A DNA stretch of 64,000 nt from Promethearchaeota archaeon (GTDB lineage: Archaea > Asgardarchaeota > Lokiarchaeia > Sigyniarchaeales > SOKP01), in assembly GCA_048940645.1 (NCBI GenBank), contig JBHLOI010000005.1, positions 32,001 through 96,000 of the forward strand, written 5' to 3'. The notes under the pieces were generated by a model, which worked only from the letters and a program-made list of their open reading frames with translations, had not been told where the DNA came from and did not search any database. Within the stretch, counting starts at the first letter, position 1; each line of letters starts with the position of its first letter. This document shows, piece by piece, positions 8,467-17,970 of this stretch. The position numbers and the translations under genes are program-made.

Positions 8467-11223
8467 TTACTCTAATTTTATAACATGTTTTTGAGTAGCA
8501 AAAACTATTCCCTCTTCATCGATATTACCGCTATCAGCCTTTATTTTATATGGTTTGATTAATATTCCTAAATCATCTTTTTCTGTTGTCCAACAAGCTA
8601 AAACTAGCAAATTTTCTTTTTTTAATAAGTTATCCATAAGATAAAAATCATGTTGTGGACCATAAGTACCCCAATAATTTCCAACATAAAGCCCATTTAA
8701 GAAAATATGCACATTGTGTTTACCTTCAACATGTAATCTCAAGGGTATTCTTACTTTTTCTTCTATTTCCCAGTTAAAAATAGTTTTATACCATATGATT
8801 TGGTCATTTGGTGTTACAGTTGGTTGATGATTGATTTTTGTCCATTCCTTGCCTTGACCATGCTGAAAACCAAATTTTTCCCCTGGAAGCCCGGCAGTAT
8901 TATATGGTTGCTTTAATTTAGTTACATCAATTCCAGAGATATACCAACTTTCTGAAGTAAGTGGTCTGGAAAAATCCACGGATAAAATCCCTCTAGGATT
9001 TCTAAGATCGTTTGCAACAAAGAAATTTTTATTTTGACCTAAATTTTCTGTTAAAATGAATAAAATATTTCTACCCTTTTCAATATATTTTGTTAAATCG
9101 TAAATTTCCCCACCTTTATCTGGAGGGTCTATACCCATCATGGCTCCAGGTTGCATAGAATTTATATTATAGGTATTATGCCCCCCAATGAATTGATTAT
9201 TAAACCACACTGCAGTTTTATGTCTTGAGTTAATCTTAACAGTTAAATTTTGAAAATCAGAAGTATAGAATTCACATTTATATAATACATGTCCGCACAC
9301 ATAATTGTGATCTATAGGATCTTTATCAATTTCAAAATCGATCTCTTTCCAAATATTCGAATTATCCTGGTTAGGCCAATTCGTTTTAAGCTTGTACCAT
9401 TTACCAAATGATAACTCAGGGAATTCAATATTAGATGAATATCTCTTCTTCATCAATCCTGGAATAATTGAATCCTCCACTTTTTCAAATCCTTTAGCTA
9501 GATTACTAGAACCTAAAATCCAAATAGTTTGGGATCCTAGAATCTCAGCCTCTACAGTATTACTCTTAGAAAAAAACAAAGAATATACTCCCCACGCTAA
9601 TTGGGTATTATAACTATTTAAATCTGCATTTAAAGTAAGTGCCATTTCCTCAGATAAACAAAGAATATACAATTTCTTTTCATTTTTGTCAGTTATAAGG
9701 CCAGATCCTTCAGAATCAAATGATATTCTAGTAAACTTCTCTTCAAAAAAGGATTTGATTGTTCCACTTATTTTAAAGTCAGTTCCTTCTAGTAATAGTT
9801 CCCCACCATTATTGATTATGACAATTAGATGTCCATTAGCATAAGGTCCCTTTAGAATTATATTCAATGAACAGAACCTTATATTAAAATCTCCAATCTG
9901 ATGATTCCCAATTGCTATGAAAGAATCGCGGGATCGTAAATATTGATTTTTCTCTTTAGGTATTTGTAAATTTTCTGAAAAATATATATTAAATCTCTCA
10001 ACTTCATTCTTATTGAAATTTCTGAAGAAATAGAAATTAGTTCCATCATTTCCTAATCGTTGCCTATAAAGGATGTTTTTTTGATCACAAAAAATTTTAG
10101 GGGAATTTACTAAATCTGTCTGAAAAAAACTATCTTTAAAACTTTCAATAAATAATGAAAATAATCTTAAATGTCTCAGTCTAGAAGATTGGAATCCATA
10201 TTCTCTTATGCTTGCTGAATAATCATAGCTGGTATAAACCTCAGGATTTGGAAGTGAGGCCCATGTAGTTCCACCATAGAACATGTAAAGCACCATCATT
10301 GTTACTCCTTGAGCGGCTAAACTCTGAAGTAGCATTTTCTGGTATGTTTCTCCATAAAAATTATATAAAGTGTCATACCCATAAATTATTCCCCAATGAT
10401 TGTACCACCCACCTTGAAGTTCGGGAATAAAGAGTGGAGAATTAATAACGGCTCCTCCAAAGGATCTAACTTTTTCTTCAAGACGATCAATCTTTTTACG
10501 GAATGAAACAAATCTCCAATCAGTAAGTGGTAAATTTTTGGGAGTTTTATCTGCCCAAATTGGATATTTATCAAAGCCATATAAGTCAACTAAGCCATTC
10601 CAAGATCCTAATTCTTTTACATCATTATGAAAATTAGGAACCGTGATGCCAAATTCTTCAGCATAAGAGACAAGTTCTTGCATATATCTCCTAAGTGTTG
10701 TTTCATGTTCAGTATATTCATTTTCTATCTGGAAAGCAACTATTTTACCTTTTGAGTTTTCCGTAATTTGATGCTTATTAATTAATGTTATAAAATTTTC
10801 ATACCACTGCTTACAATATTTCATATACTGAGTGTCGTAAACTGATTTACCTATATCTTTTAAATGTTTAATTCTTATATCTTTATTTCTTAAAAGCCAT
10901 AAAGGATATCCTCCAGCTGTCGTTTCAGCACAAATATAGGGGCCTTGAGCGACAAACACATATAAATCTAATTCTTCACATAATTCTAGTAAATATTTTA
11001 TATCTCTATTACCATCAAAATAGTATTTTGTTTCGTTAGGATTATGATATCCCCAATGAAAATAGATTCTAACACTATTTAAACCGGCAATTTTATACAT
11101 TTTCAGTATATCTTTCCAACGATCCCTATCAGGTATCCTCCAATAATGAAACTCACCACCTAAAAGAAAAATTCTTTTTCCATCTATTTTTAAGCTATAT
11201 TTATCCCAAGTAATTTCTGACAT
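8467..11223 (-). CDS. Glycoside hydrolase family 35 (beta-galactosidase)
   Basis: GGEFHYWR, GPYICAE..AGG, acid/base QIENE, nucleophile PELQGGW, YMFYGGT, TSYDY and C-terminal jelly-roll domains; no signal peptide. Confidence 0.92.
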   Translation of the reverse strand: MSEITWDKYSLKIDGKRIFLLGGEFHYWRIPDRDRWKDILKMYKIAGLNSVRIYFHWGYHNPNETKYYFDGNRDIKYLLELCEELDLYVFVAQGPYICAETTAGGYPLWLLRNKDIRIKHLKDIGKSVYDTQYMKYCKQWYENFITLINKHQITENSKGKIVAFQIENEYTEHETTLRRYMQELVSYAEEFGITVPNFHNDVKELGSWNGLVDLYGFDKYPIWADKTPKNLPLTDWRFVSFRKKIDRLEEKVRSFGGAVINSPLFIPELQGGWYNHWGIIYGYDTLYNFYGETYQKMLLQSLAAQGVTMMVLYMFYGGTTWASLPNPEVYTSYDYSASIREYGFQSSRLRHLRLFSLFIESFKDSFFQTDLVNSPKIFCDQKNILYRQRLGNDGTNFYFFRNFNKNEVERFNIYFSENLQIPKEKNQYLRSRDSFIAIGNHQIGDFNIRFCSLNIILKGPYANGHLIVIINNGGELLLEGTDFKISGTIKSFFEEKFTRISFDSEGSGLITDKNEKKLYILCLSEEMALTLNADLNSYNTQLAWGVYSLFFSKSNTVEAEILGSQTIWILGSSNLAKGFEKVEDSIIPGLMKKRYSSNIEFPELSFGKWYKLKTNWPNQDNSNIWKEIDFEIDKDPIDHNYVCGHVLYKCEFYTSDFQNLTVKINSRHKTAVWFNNQFIGGHNTYNINSMQPGAMMGIDPPDKGGEIYDLTKYIEKGRNILFILTENLGQNKNFFVANDLRNPRGILSVDFSRPLTSESWYISGIDVTKLKQPYNTAGLPGEKFGFQHGQGKEWTKINHQPTVTPNDQIIWYKTIFNWEIEEKVRIPLRLHVEGKHNVHIFLNGLYVGNYWGTYGPQHDFYLMDNLLKKENLLVLACWTTEKDDLGILIKPYKIKADSGNIDEEGIVFATQKHVIKLE

Positions 11224-11248
11224 ATTATCAAATCTAATTAATTACTAC

Positions 11249-12199
11249 TTATTCATCAGTTTGTATTAATTCTATTTTTACTTGAAATCTACTGAGTGAG
11301 ATTGTTGAAATTAATATTAAAACAAGTGCAATTAAAAATAAAATGAGATTTTGAAAACTTTGATTAAAAACAAATAAACCTGCGATTATAGGTATTATTA
11401 GCATTATTGCATTTTGGATTGGGACAATTTTTAAAGCTTTACTTTTTTGAAGAGCTGATTGTAAAAAAATAACACTTGAAATGTAGAATACTAGCATTCC
11501 CCAAGAACTTATAAACATCCATAAATGCAAATAGTCAAACCAAAAAATACCAAATAAAATCTCCCAAAAGAATAATGGAAAAATTTTGGCTTCAGTAAAA
11601 GCTTGTGCTAAAATGTTAGTAAAAATCGCTCCGATTGAATACAAAATCGCTCCTATAAACATTAAAAACATTCCTTCAAACTGAGTACCTCGTTTTTGTT
11701 TTGACAGGAAATAAAATCCAAAACATATTACGATTAGCGGACTCAAAAATATAATGAAAGTTATAACAAATTGATATAAATCAATTATAATATTTGTAAT
11801 TCCTGCAAGTGTTATTAATATTGGAGATACTATTAAAATTCCTATGGCAATAATTTCATAGTATGTAATCTTTTCATTCAGCATTTTAACCGCAGATATT
11901 ACGAAAAAAAGTAGCCCAATGCTCATTAATGGTTGTACAACAACTATTCCAACTAGTCCCATCGCAATGGCATAAGGTATCATTCCAATCAATCCCAATA
12001 GAGTCCCAGAAAGCCAACTTTTATTTTTGCTAAACTCCTTAAAAGTATTATATAAATTTCTTACTCCCTCTTCAATTTTTATCTCAGAACCATCTCTTAA
12101 ACCTTTCTTCTGGAGGACAATACCAAAATTAAAACAAAAAGAAGCAATAATTGAAACAAATATCCCAAGAATCGTAGTGAATATATCAACCATATACAA
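11249..12199 (-). CDS. DMT-superfamily transporter, NIPA-like
   Basis: About 9 TM segments; LQKKGL after TM1, then W..G, VVVQPL, LNEKI and a C-terminal LQSALQ....IVPI pattern. Confidence 0.65.
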   Translation of the reverse strand: MYMVDIFTTILGIFVSIIASFCFNFGIVLQKKGLRDGSEIKIEEGVRNLYNTFKEFSKNKSWLSGTLLGLIGMIPYAIAMGLVGIVVVQPLMSIGLLFFVISAVKMLNEKITYYEIIAIGILIVSPILITLAGITNIIIDLYQFVITFIIFLSPLIVICFGFYFLSKQKRGTQFEGMFLMFIGAILYSIGAIFTNILAQAFTEAKIFPLFFWEILFGIFWFDYLHLWMFISSWGMLVFYISSVIFLQSALQKSKALKIVPIQNAIMLIIPIIAGLFVFNQSFQNLILFLIALVLILISTISLSRFQVKIELIQTDE

Positions 12200-12254
12200 T
12201 GTTAAATATTCAATCGTAATTAATTTTTTATAATGAAATATTAATAGATATATT

Positions 12255-13067
12255 ATGGATGATAATACGATATTAAATAAGGAAAGTTCAAATGAGGCAC
12301 AAGAGAAGAAAACTGTTGAACTTCCTGCATTAGATTTCTTTAAGATAAATTTTATTAGTTTTTTAGTTCCTTTATATATATGTTTAGGTCTTTTTCTTCT
12401 TTTTGAGTATGGAATTATTAATATTTTCTTTTCATTTGATTCAATTTTTCATTTTATCATGCTTCCAGTATTTCTATTTTTATTATATTATATCTATCTT
12501 ATCTTACTTGTAGAATTTACCGCTTTATGGGCAAAACGTTGGAATAAAAAATCACCACCTAAGCAAGGAGTATTTGCTCGTGTTCTTGATGATTTGGATA
12601 GTCCAGAAGGAAAAATGATGAAGTATTATCACAAAAGAGGATTTATCATAAAATTCCCTATGTGGCTAACATCAAAATCACCCTTTCCTTGGCTTGTAAA
12701 TCGTACTCTAAAAAGGATAAGTCATAATAAAATAGGTAAGAACGTTATTTATTGCGATGGGTATGTTGGATTGGAATTCACTGATTTAGGAGATAATGTA
12801 TTCTTCTATCCTACTTCTGGTATATCTTCTCATGCAGTCAATTCTATATTCGGAAAAATAACGATGATAGAAGTAAAAATAGGTAGAAATACTACATTTT
12901 ATCCCGGTGATATAACTGGACCAAATGCGTTAACAACTGATAATAATGTAATTTTTCCAAACACAGTACTACATAAAAATTGGAGAGGTAAGCCTGGAGT
13001 ATTTTACTATCAAGGAAGTCCTGGACGTCCTATAGAAATTAAGCATATAAAGAAAAAACCTTCTTAA
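12255..13067 (+). CDS. Membrane-anchored left-handed beta-helix (hexapeptide) acyltransferase-like protein
   Basis: Two N-terminal TM helices followed by KIGKNV, DLGDNV..ISSH, KIGRNT and a terminal YQGSPGR (GxPA-like). Confidence 0.6.
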   Translation: MDDNTILNKESSNEAQEKKTVELPALDFFKINFISFLVPLYICLGLFLLFEYGIINIFFSFDSIFHFIMLPVFLFLLYYIYLILLVEFTALWAKRWNKKSPPKQGVFARVLDDLDSPEGKMMKYYHKRGFIIKFPMWLTSKSPFPWLVNRTLKRISHNKIGKNVIYCDGYVGLEFTDLGDNVFFYPTSGISSHAVNSIFGKITMIEVKIGRNTTFYPGDITGPNALTTDNNVIFPNTVLHKNWRGKPGVFYYQGSPGRPIEIKHIKKKPS

Positions 13068-14564
13068 TTAATTTCGTGGATATTTTCCATACTTTTGTAA
13101 AAATTCCCTGTATTTATTCACATTATCAAGCACTTTTCCAGCAAGATCAAAGCTTTCGAACACAGGAACATTTCTATTTAATAACCTAAGCTTGAATTTA
13201 TAGCGACTTTTATATTCTTCAAAACCCTCTGAAATTTTTAGCATTACACAAATCATAGGTTTTGTGCAAATCCTTTTAGCTTTTCCGATGTACTTTATAA
13301 AAGATTTATTCAAATCTGTGCCCTTTTCAAAACCTAATTTTCCAACCAAAGAATCCTCTAAATTTTTAAATCTTTCAGGATCTTTAACAAAGATTATGGC
13401 AGAAATGTTTGGATCCTTATCTAGAGTCAACATTGTACGATAATATATGTGTGGTAATGCACCTTGAGCCCCCAAATCGATAGGATTAGCAAAATTAGTA
13501 TTAACATCATTTAAAAATCGACTCAATTTGTCACTGGTTTTTTCTGTTAAGTTAGGTATTTTCAAGCCATACTTTTCTAAAGTATCTCCTGCCTCAATTG
13601 TTGATCCACCACCAATCCCTATTAATCCAATATTTCTTGATTGAGGTAAGTGAATTAATTTAAACGCGGATGCTAAAGCAGCAAGTTCTACAGAATTATT
13701 AACAAGTGAGCAACCAGTTTGTTTAGCAACTGCTTCCCATATCTTATTATTTCCAGCTAATCCTCCTGTATGAGACATGATTGCTTTTTTAGTTGCGTCT
13801 CCATAGCCAGCTCGCCATAAAATCACTGGTTTTCTGTTTAAGTTGCAATCTTTTGCGGCCCTCATAAATCGGCTTCCATTTTGTCGTGTTTTAAGATTTT
13901 CTAAGTATAATCCAATAATTGCTGTTCGGCTATCATATAAAAAATATTCTAAAAAATCTGGGTGCGTTAAATCAATTGCATTTCCTACAGAGATCATTTT
14001 TGATACTTCAACACCATATGCATCAGCCAACTGGGCAACATTTACAGCTAACCCGCCAGATTGTAATACAGCTCCAAAATTTCCTGCTTTTTTTGACTGA
14101 GCTCTTCCAATATACAGTCCTGCTTCAGGGTTATATACTCCTAAACAATTGGGTCCAATAATTCGAATATTATATTTCTTTGCTATATCTAAAACTTCTT
14201 TTTCAAGACTCTCATTACCAATTTCACTAAAACCAGAGGCAAAAATAGTTACAAAAGGGACTTTCTTTTGACCTACTTCATTTAAAATTATTGGAACTAT
14301 TTTAGCAGGGACTCCAATTATTACGTAATCAATTGGTTTATCCTCTGGAATTTCTAAAATCGATCCATAAACCTCCAAACCATATAGTTTTTGCCCCTTT
14401 AAACGGGGATTAAAAATATAAATAGGTTTTCGAAATCGATCTTTCATTATTTCGACGAAGTAACCTCCACCTGCTGGATTATAAGATGCTCCTACGATTC
14501 CTATCGCTCTGGGATAAAATAATCTTTCAAACCTCTTTATAATTAGTTCTTTAGTGTCTAACAT
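13068..14564 (-). CDS. Acyl-CoA synthetase (NDP-forming), alpha-subunit-like CoA-binding protein
   Basis: PRAIGIVGAS, RIIGPNCLG, QSGG, SVGN, phospho-His motif SHTGGLAG and NPIDL. ATG at 14564 preferred over the TTG at 14597. Confidence 0.88.
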   Translation of the reverse strand: MLDTKELIIKRFERLFYPRAIGIVGASYNPAGGGYFVEIMKDRFRKPIYIFNPRLKGQKLYGLEVYGSILEIPEDKPIDYVIIGVPAKIVPIILNEVGQKKVPFVTIFASGFSEIGNESLEKEVLDIAKKYNIRIIGPNCLGVYNPEAGLYIGRAQSKKAGNFGAVLQSGGLAVNVAQLADAYGVEVSKMISVGNAIDLTHPDFLEYFLYDSRTAIIGLYLENLKTRQNGSRFMRAAKDCNLNRKPVILWRAGYGDATKKAIMSHTGGLAGNNKIWEAVAKQTGCSLVNNSVELAALASAFKLIHLPQSRNIGLIGIGGGSTIEAGDTLEKYGLKIPNLTEKTSDKLSRFLNDVNTNFANPIDLGAQGALPHIYYRTMLTLDKDPNISAIIFVKDPERFKNLEDSLVGKLGFEKGTDLNKSFIKYIGKAKRICTKPMICVMLKISEGFEEYKSRYKFKLRLLNRNVPVFESFDLAGKVLDNVNKYREFLQKYGKYPRN

Positions 14565-14682
14565 GGTAAAAAGTAAGAGATTAGTTTTTTTAAGCAAAAA
14601 TTAATTGATATAATAATCTTTTGCTAAAATAATTTTTTAAAGCAATATAATTATGAGCATAATAAGTAAAAGGATAATAAGA

Positions 14683-15402
14683 TCAACGACCCAGCAATTC
14701 TTTTGCTAAGGGAATGTCGTCAGTGATTATACCATCAACTCCAAGTTTTATAAGTCTTTCCATGTCTGGTCTTTCATTAATTGTCCATACATTGACTTTT
14801 AAATTACTATTATGAGCGAAATCTATCAATTCTTTATCAACTCCAGCGAAATGTGGATGAACCGCAAAGAGATTTTTTTTTATCACTCTCTTAGTAGCTT
14901 TTGTTAAATCTCTTGGATCTGAAATTCTTTCAGAAAGTAGCGCACCTAATTTAATCTCGGGCTCCAATTTTTTAATTTTTAATAATTCGCTATGTATAAA
15001 TGAACTAATAAGAGTGGACTCGATAAGATTAGCATCTCTTAACATTTCAATAATTTCATTTCCAATATCATTAACTTTTATTTCAATTTGTAATCCAATT
15101 TCCCCTTGTGTTAGTTTAATTACTTCTTGTAAAGTTGGAATTTTTTCACCTTCTCCCATATCTAATTGTTTTAATTCATTAAGAGTCATTTCTTTAATAT
15201 TAACACTATGTCCAGTTAATTCTGAAATTTCATAATCATGGATTACGACTATTTCTCCATCTTTTGATACTTGAACGTCAAATTCAATATAATCTGCTTG
15301 AAGTTCTATTGCTTTTCTAAAGGATTTTAATGTATTTTCTGGTTCGCTTTTATTTGCTCCTTTATGTCCTATAATTAAGATTTGAGATTTGTTACTTTTC
15401 AT
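14683..15402 (-). CDS. Glycerophosphodiester phosphodiesterase (GDPD)
   Basis: GHKGA..PENT, EFDVQ..KDG..VVIHD, IEIK, SSF, WTIN, GIITD. Confidence 0.92.
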   Translation of the reverse strand: MKSNKSQILIIGHKGANKSEPENTLKSFRKAIELQADYIEFDVQVSKDGEIVVIHDYEISELTGHSVNIKEMTLNELKQLDMGEGEKIPTLQEVIKLTQGEIGLQIEIKVNDIGNEIIEMLRDANLIESTLISSFIHSELLKIKKLEPEIKLGALLSERISDPRDLTKATKRVIKKNLFAVHPHFAGVDKELIDFAHNSNLKVNVWTINERPDMERLIKLGVDGIITDDIPLAKELLGR

Positions 15403-15683
15403 CTTTAATCAAATTCCATAATGATCATATGATCTAAAACTCTCTAATTTTTAAATAGTTTTAGTTAAATAATTATCTATCTAAAAATAGAAACGTCGAA
15501 ATATATCAAAGATTTAATAATACAACTTTGATGTAAAAGAAAAATTTATATATTTGATTGAGTCACAATAATATCGGTTTCAATTAAATTTATAAATGTT
15601 ATACGTTTTTATTATTTCTGAATTTAAAAAAATGAACTGAATCGAAAAGTTTTTATAGCAATAAAAAAGGTGATCGCGGAAAA

Positions 15684-15938
15684 ATGAGATTTTGCCCTAA
15701 TTGTGACAATATCTTAATCCCGAAAAAGAAGAAACTGTTTTGTAAGGCGTGTAACCAAGAGTTTGAGTTAGATAAAGATTCTCCAGACGATTACAAATTA
15801 GTCAAAACAATTAAACATGATGAAAAAGAGTCTGCTCCAATTATTGTTAAAGAAGGTTTGAGAGGAGAAAGGATTTCTGGTGATGATCGTAAAGCTTATG
15901 AGGATCTCTTTGATATCTCAGAAGCAGATGGTTATTAG
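15684..15938 (+). CDS. RpoM/TFS-like protein with only the N-terminal zinc ribbon
   Basis: MRFCPNCDNILIP...CKAC; AGGTGA ribosome-binding site; no C-terminal QxRSADE ribbon. Confidence 0.7.
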   Translation: MRFCPNCDNILIPKKKKLFCKACNQEFELDKDSPDDYKLVKTIKHDEKESAPIIVKEGLRGERISGDDRKAYEDLFDISEADGY

Positions 15939-16091
15939 CGGCGATAATTAGGGGATTTGTGCTTAGTTAGTTCATTACATCTTCCTTCTTTTGACCTAGA
16001 ATATTTAAAAGTTTTGTAATTTTTAAAGCTTTAAATCATATTAGATTTAATTAATTACTAAATATAAAAAAAATAGAATGAGCTGATATTA

Positions 16092-16487
16092 ATGACTGAG
16101 GAAAAGAAGAAAAGGTTAAAGGGATTTGCTGGAGTAGTAGCAAAACAAGTAGAACCGTTAAATAATATCGAAAAATTTAAAGAGGATTTTAAGGATACTG
16201 AACTCAAAATTCTATTAAATGCAAAAGATGGTAAATATGCGGCCTTATTAGTAATTGATAAAGGAAAAGCATATGTTGAGAGTATCGAAAATAAACCAAA
16301 AGAAAATATAAAAAAGAAGGTAGTTGGTTGGGATGGATTATTACAAGCGAAAACTGAAATATTTGTGGATTTGTTAGGAGGAGAAGACATTTCAATGGGA
16401 AGTATAGTTGGAAAAGTCCTTACAGGGAGGATTAAAATAAGAGGAATAAAAAAAGTATTGGTTTTACTTAAATTATTTGAATACTAA
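16092..16487 (+). CDS. SCP2 sterol/lipid-carrier-like protein
   Basis: Size and C-terminal pattern (FVDLLGG...KVLTGRIKIRG..KVLVL) typical of SCP2. Confidence 0.65.
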   Translation: MTEEKKKRLKGFAGVVAKQVEPLNNIEKFKEDFKDTELKILLNAKDGKYAALLVIDKGKAYVESIENKPKENIKKKVVGWDGLLQAKTEIFVDLLGGEDISMGSIVGKVLTGRIKIRGIKKVLVLLKLFEY

Positions 16488-16532
16488 AAGTATCAATTCC
16501 AAATTTTCTTATTAATTCTTGCTTTTAAAATT

Positions 16533-16958
16533 CTAAATTTCTAATTTAAATACACTAATTAAAGGGAGTATTTTTTCTTTTAATTCTTCTGGATTTGCAT
16601 CCTTTATAGATTGAATTAATACATTTTTATCTTGTTCTGAAATTTCATGAAATCTGTCTAAAAATAATCGTAGGTATATTATCTTCTTCGAAGGGGTTTT
16701 TTTAATATTCGAAATTAAATTATCAAGAACAACTGAAATAGAGTCTGTTTCACCAGACTCAGATGTACAAACACTTTCTTTCGAGAAACCCTCCTCGTGT
16801 AAAATTTTATGTTGCTTTATAATATCGTTTGTTATTTCAATAAGCATTTCCTTTCTGGATAATATTGGTAATTCAGAAAGATTTTTTTCTATTTCGAGAT
16901 TTTTTTTATCAATAGATTTAATGTTTGAGAGAGTTTCATCAAGCTTATCTTTTTCCAT
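16533..16958 (-). CDS. Hypothetical charged helical protein
   Basis: 141-aa ATG-initiated ORF filling the space between genes; no recognised motif. Confidence 0.6.
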   Translation of the reverse strand: MEKDKLDETLSNIKSIDKKNLEIEKNLSELPILSRKEMLIEITNDIIKQHKILHEEGFSKESVCTSESGETDSISVVLDNLISNIKKTPSKKIIYLRLFLDRFHEISEQDKNVLIQSIKDANPEELKEKILPLISVFKLEI

Positions 16959-17018
16959 ATAATAAATTAGTTTTGTCTAAGTTTTTAAATTTTTCTTAAT
17001 ATATTTATAGTTAGGATT

Positions 17019-17762
17019 ATGAAAAAGCAAGTTGAGCTTAAATTAATAGGGTTTCAAAAGTTTATTGATTATAAATTTAACAATTCTGAAATTCTGCTTC
17101 AGGCATTAACAACTCCGCAATTTGGAAATGAAAACGATTTGCCTCATTACGAGATTCTAGAAACCTTAGGAGATGCGGTTATTAAATTGATTTTTAGTCT
17201 TAAAATCTATAATAAAGGAGAGGTAGATCCCGGAAAATTAACTCGAACTAAACAATGTTTAGAAAATAATCGCACATTTTCAAAAATTGCCTTAAATATG
17301 AAGCTAAATAATTACATTTTTTCCTCTAAAAAGCAAACTATTGAAGGTACTTCTGTCCTTGCAGATGCTTTTGAAGCAATTTGTGGGGCTATTTATATCG
17401 ATTCTAATTATAATTTAAAATTAGTGGAACAAAAAATCATAGATCGTTTCATAAAAAATTGGGATCTCTTTATAGAAGAATCATCTAATTTTTCTAAGAA
17501 TGAGTTGTTAGAATTTTTACAAAATAAGTTAAAATTAACTCCTAGTATTACATATGAGTATGAGAAATTAGGACCCCAACACAATCTTCGATGGATTGCT
17601 AAAAATCCTAAAATTTTAGATCAGAATGAAGAGGAGATAATAAAGATTCCATTAAATTTAGAATCTAGGCAATTTAATACTAAAAAGGATGCTGAAAAAG
17701 AATTAAGCGAAATTATTCTTAGGTATTTACAAAAAAATAGTAATCTATTTGAAGAAGTTTAA
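17019..17762 (+). CDS. rnc: Ribonuclease III with divergent dsRNA-binding domain
   Basis: QALT; signature YEILETLGDAV (cf. ERLEFLGD), LADAFEAICGAIYID and dsRBD elements KNELLEFLQ..GPQH..KKDAEK. Confidence 0.88.
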   Translation: MKKQVELKLIGFQKFIDYKFNNSEILLQALTTPQFGNENDLPHYEILETLGDAVIKLIFSLKIYNKGEVDPGKLTRTKQCLENNRTFSKIALNMKLNNYIFSSKKQTIEGTSVLADAFEAICGAIYIDSNYNLKLVEQKIIDRFIKNWDLFIEESSNFSKNELLEFLQNKLKLTPSITYEYEKLGPQHNLRWIAKNPKILDQNEEEIIKIPLNLESRQFNTKKDAEKELSEIILRYLQKNSNLFEEV

Positions 17763-17835
17763 AAATTTTATATTAGACTCATTTTATGGATTAATTAAAG
17801 AAATGGCTCTAAAGTTCTATTTTATTAGAATCTGA

Positions 17836-17869
17836 AGGTTTAAAAAATTAAAAGCATTCATTTAAACCT
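17836..17869. promoter_or_regulatory. Inverted repeat upstream of the ABC/subtilase unit (candidate operator)
   Basis: AGGTTTAAA-N16-TTTAAACCT, about 100 nt before the ATPase ATG. Confidence 0.3.
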
Positions 17870-17970
17870 AAGAATATAAAAAAAGAAATTAAGATAATTA
17901 CATTATTAAATTATAATAATTTTAAAAATTACTAATCTCACTGTAATTTAAGCTTATTAGGTAAAAAACC

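Noticed and set aside
15423-15532. Short palindromes GATCATATGATC and ATCAAAG-N14-CTTTGAT
   Set aside because: Expected by chance in very AT-rich DNA, with no second copy seen.
15936-16091. Stop-codon readthrough or frameshift restoring a full TFS C-terminal ribbon
   Set aside because: The downstream sequence hits further stops quickly and I found no CxxC or RSADE motif.
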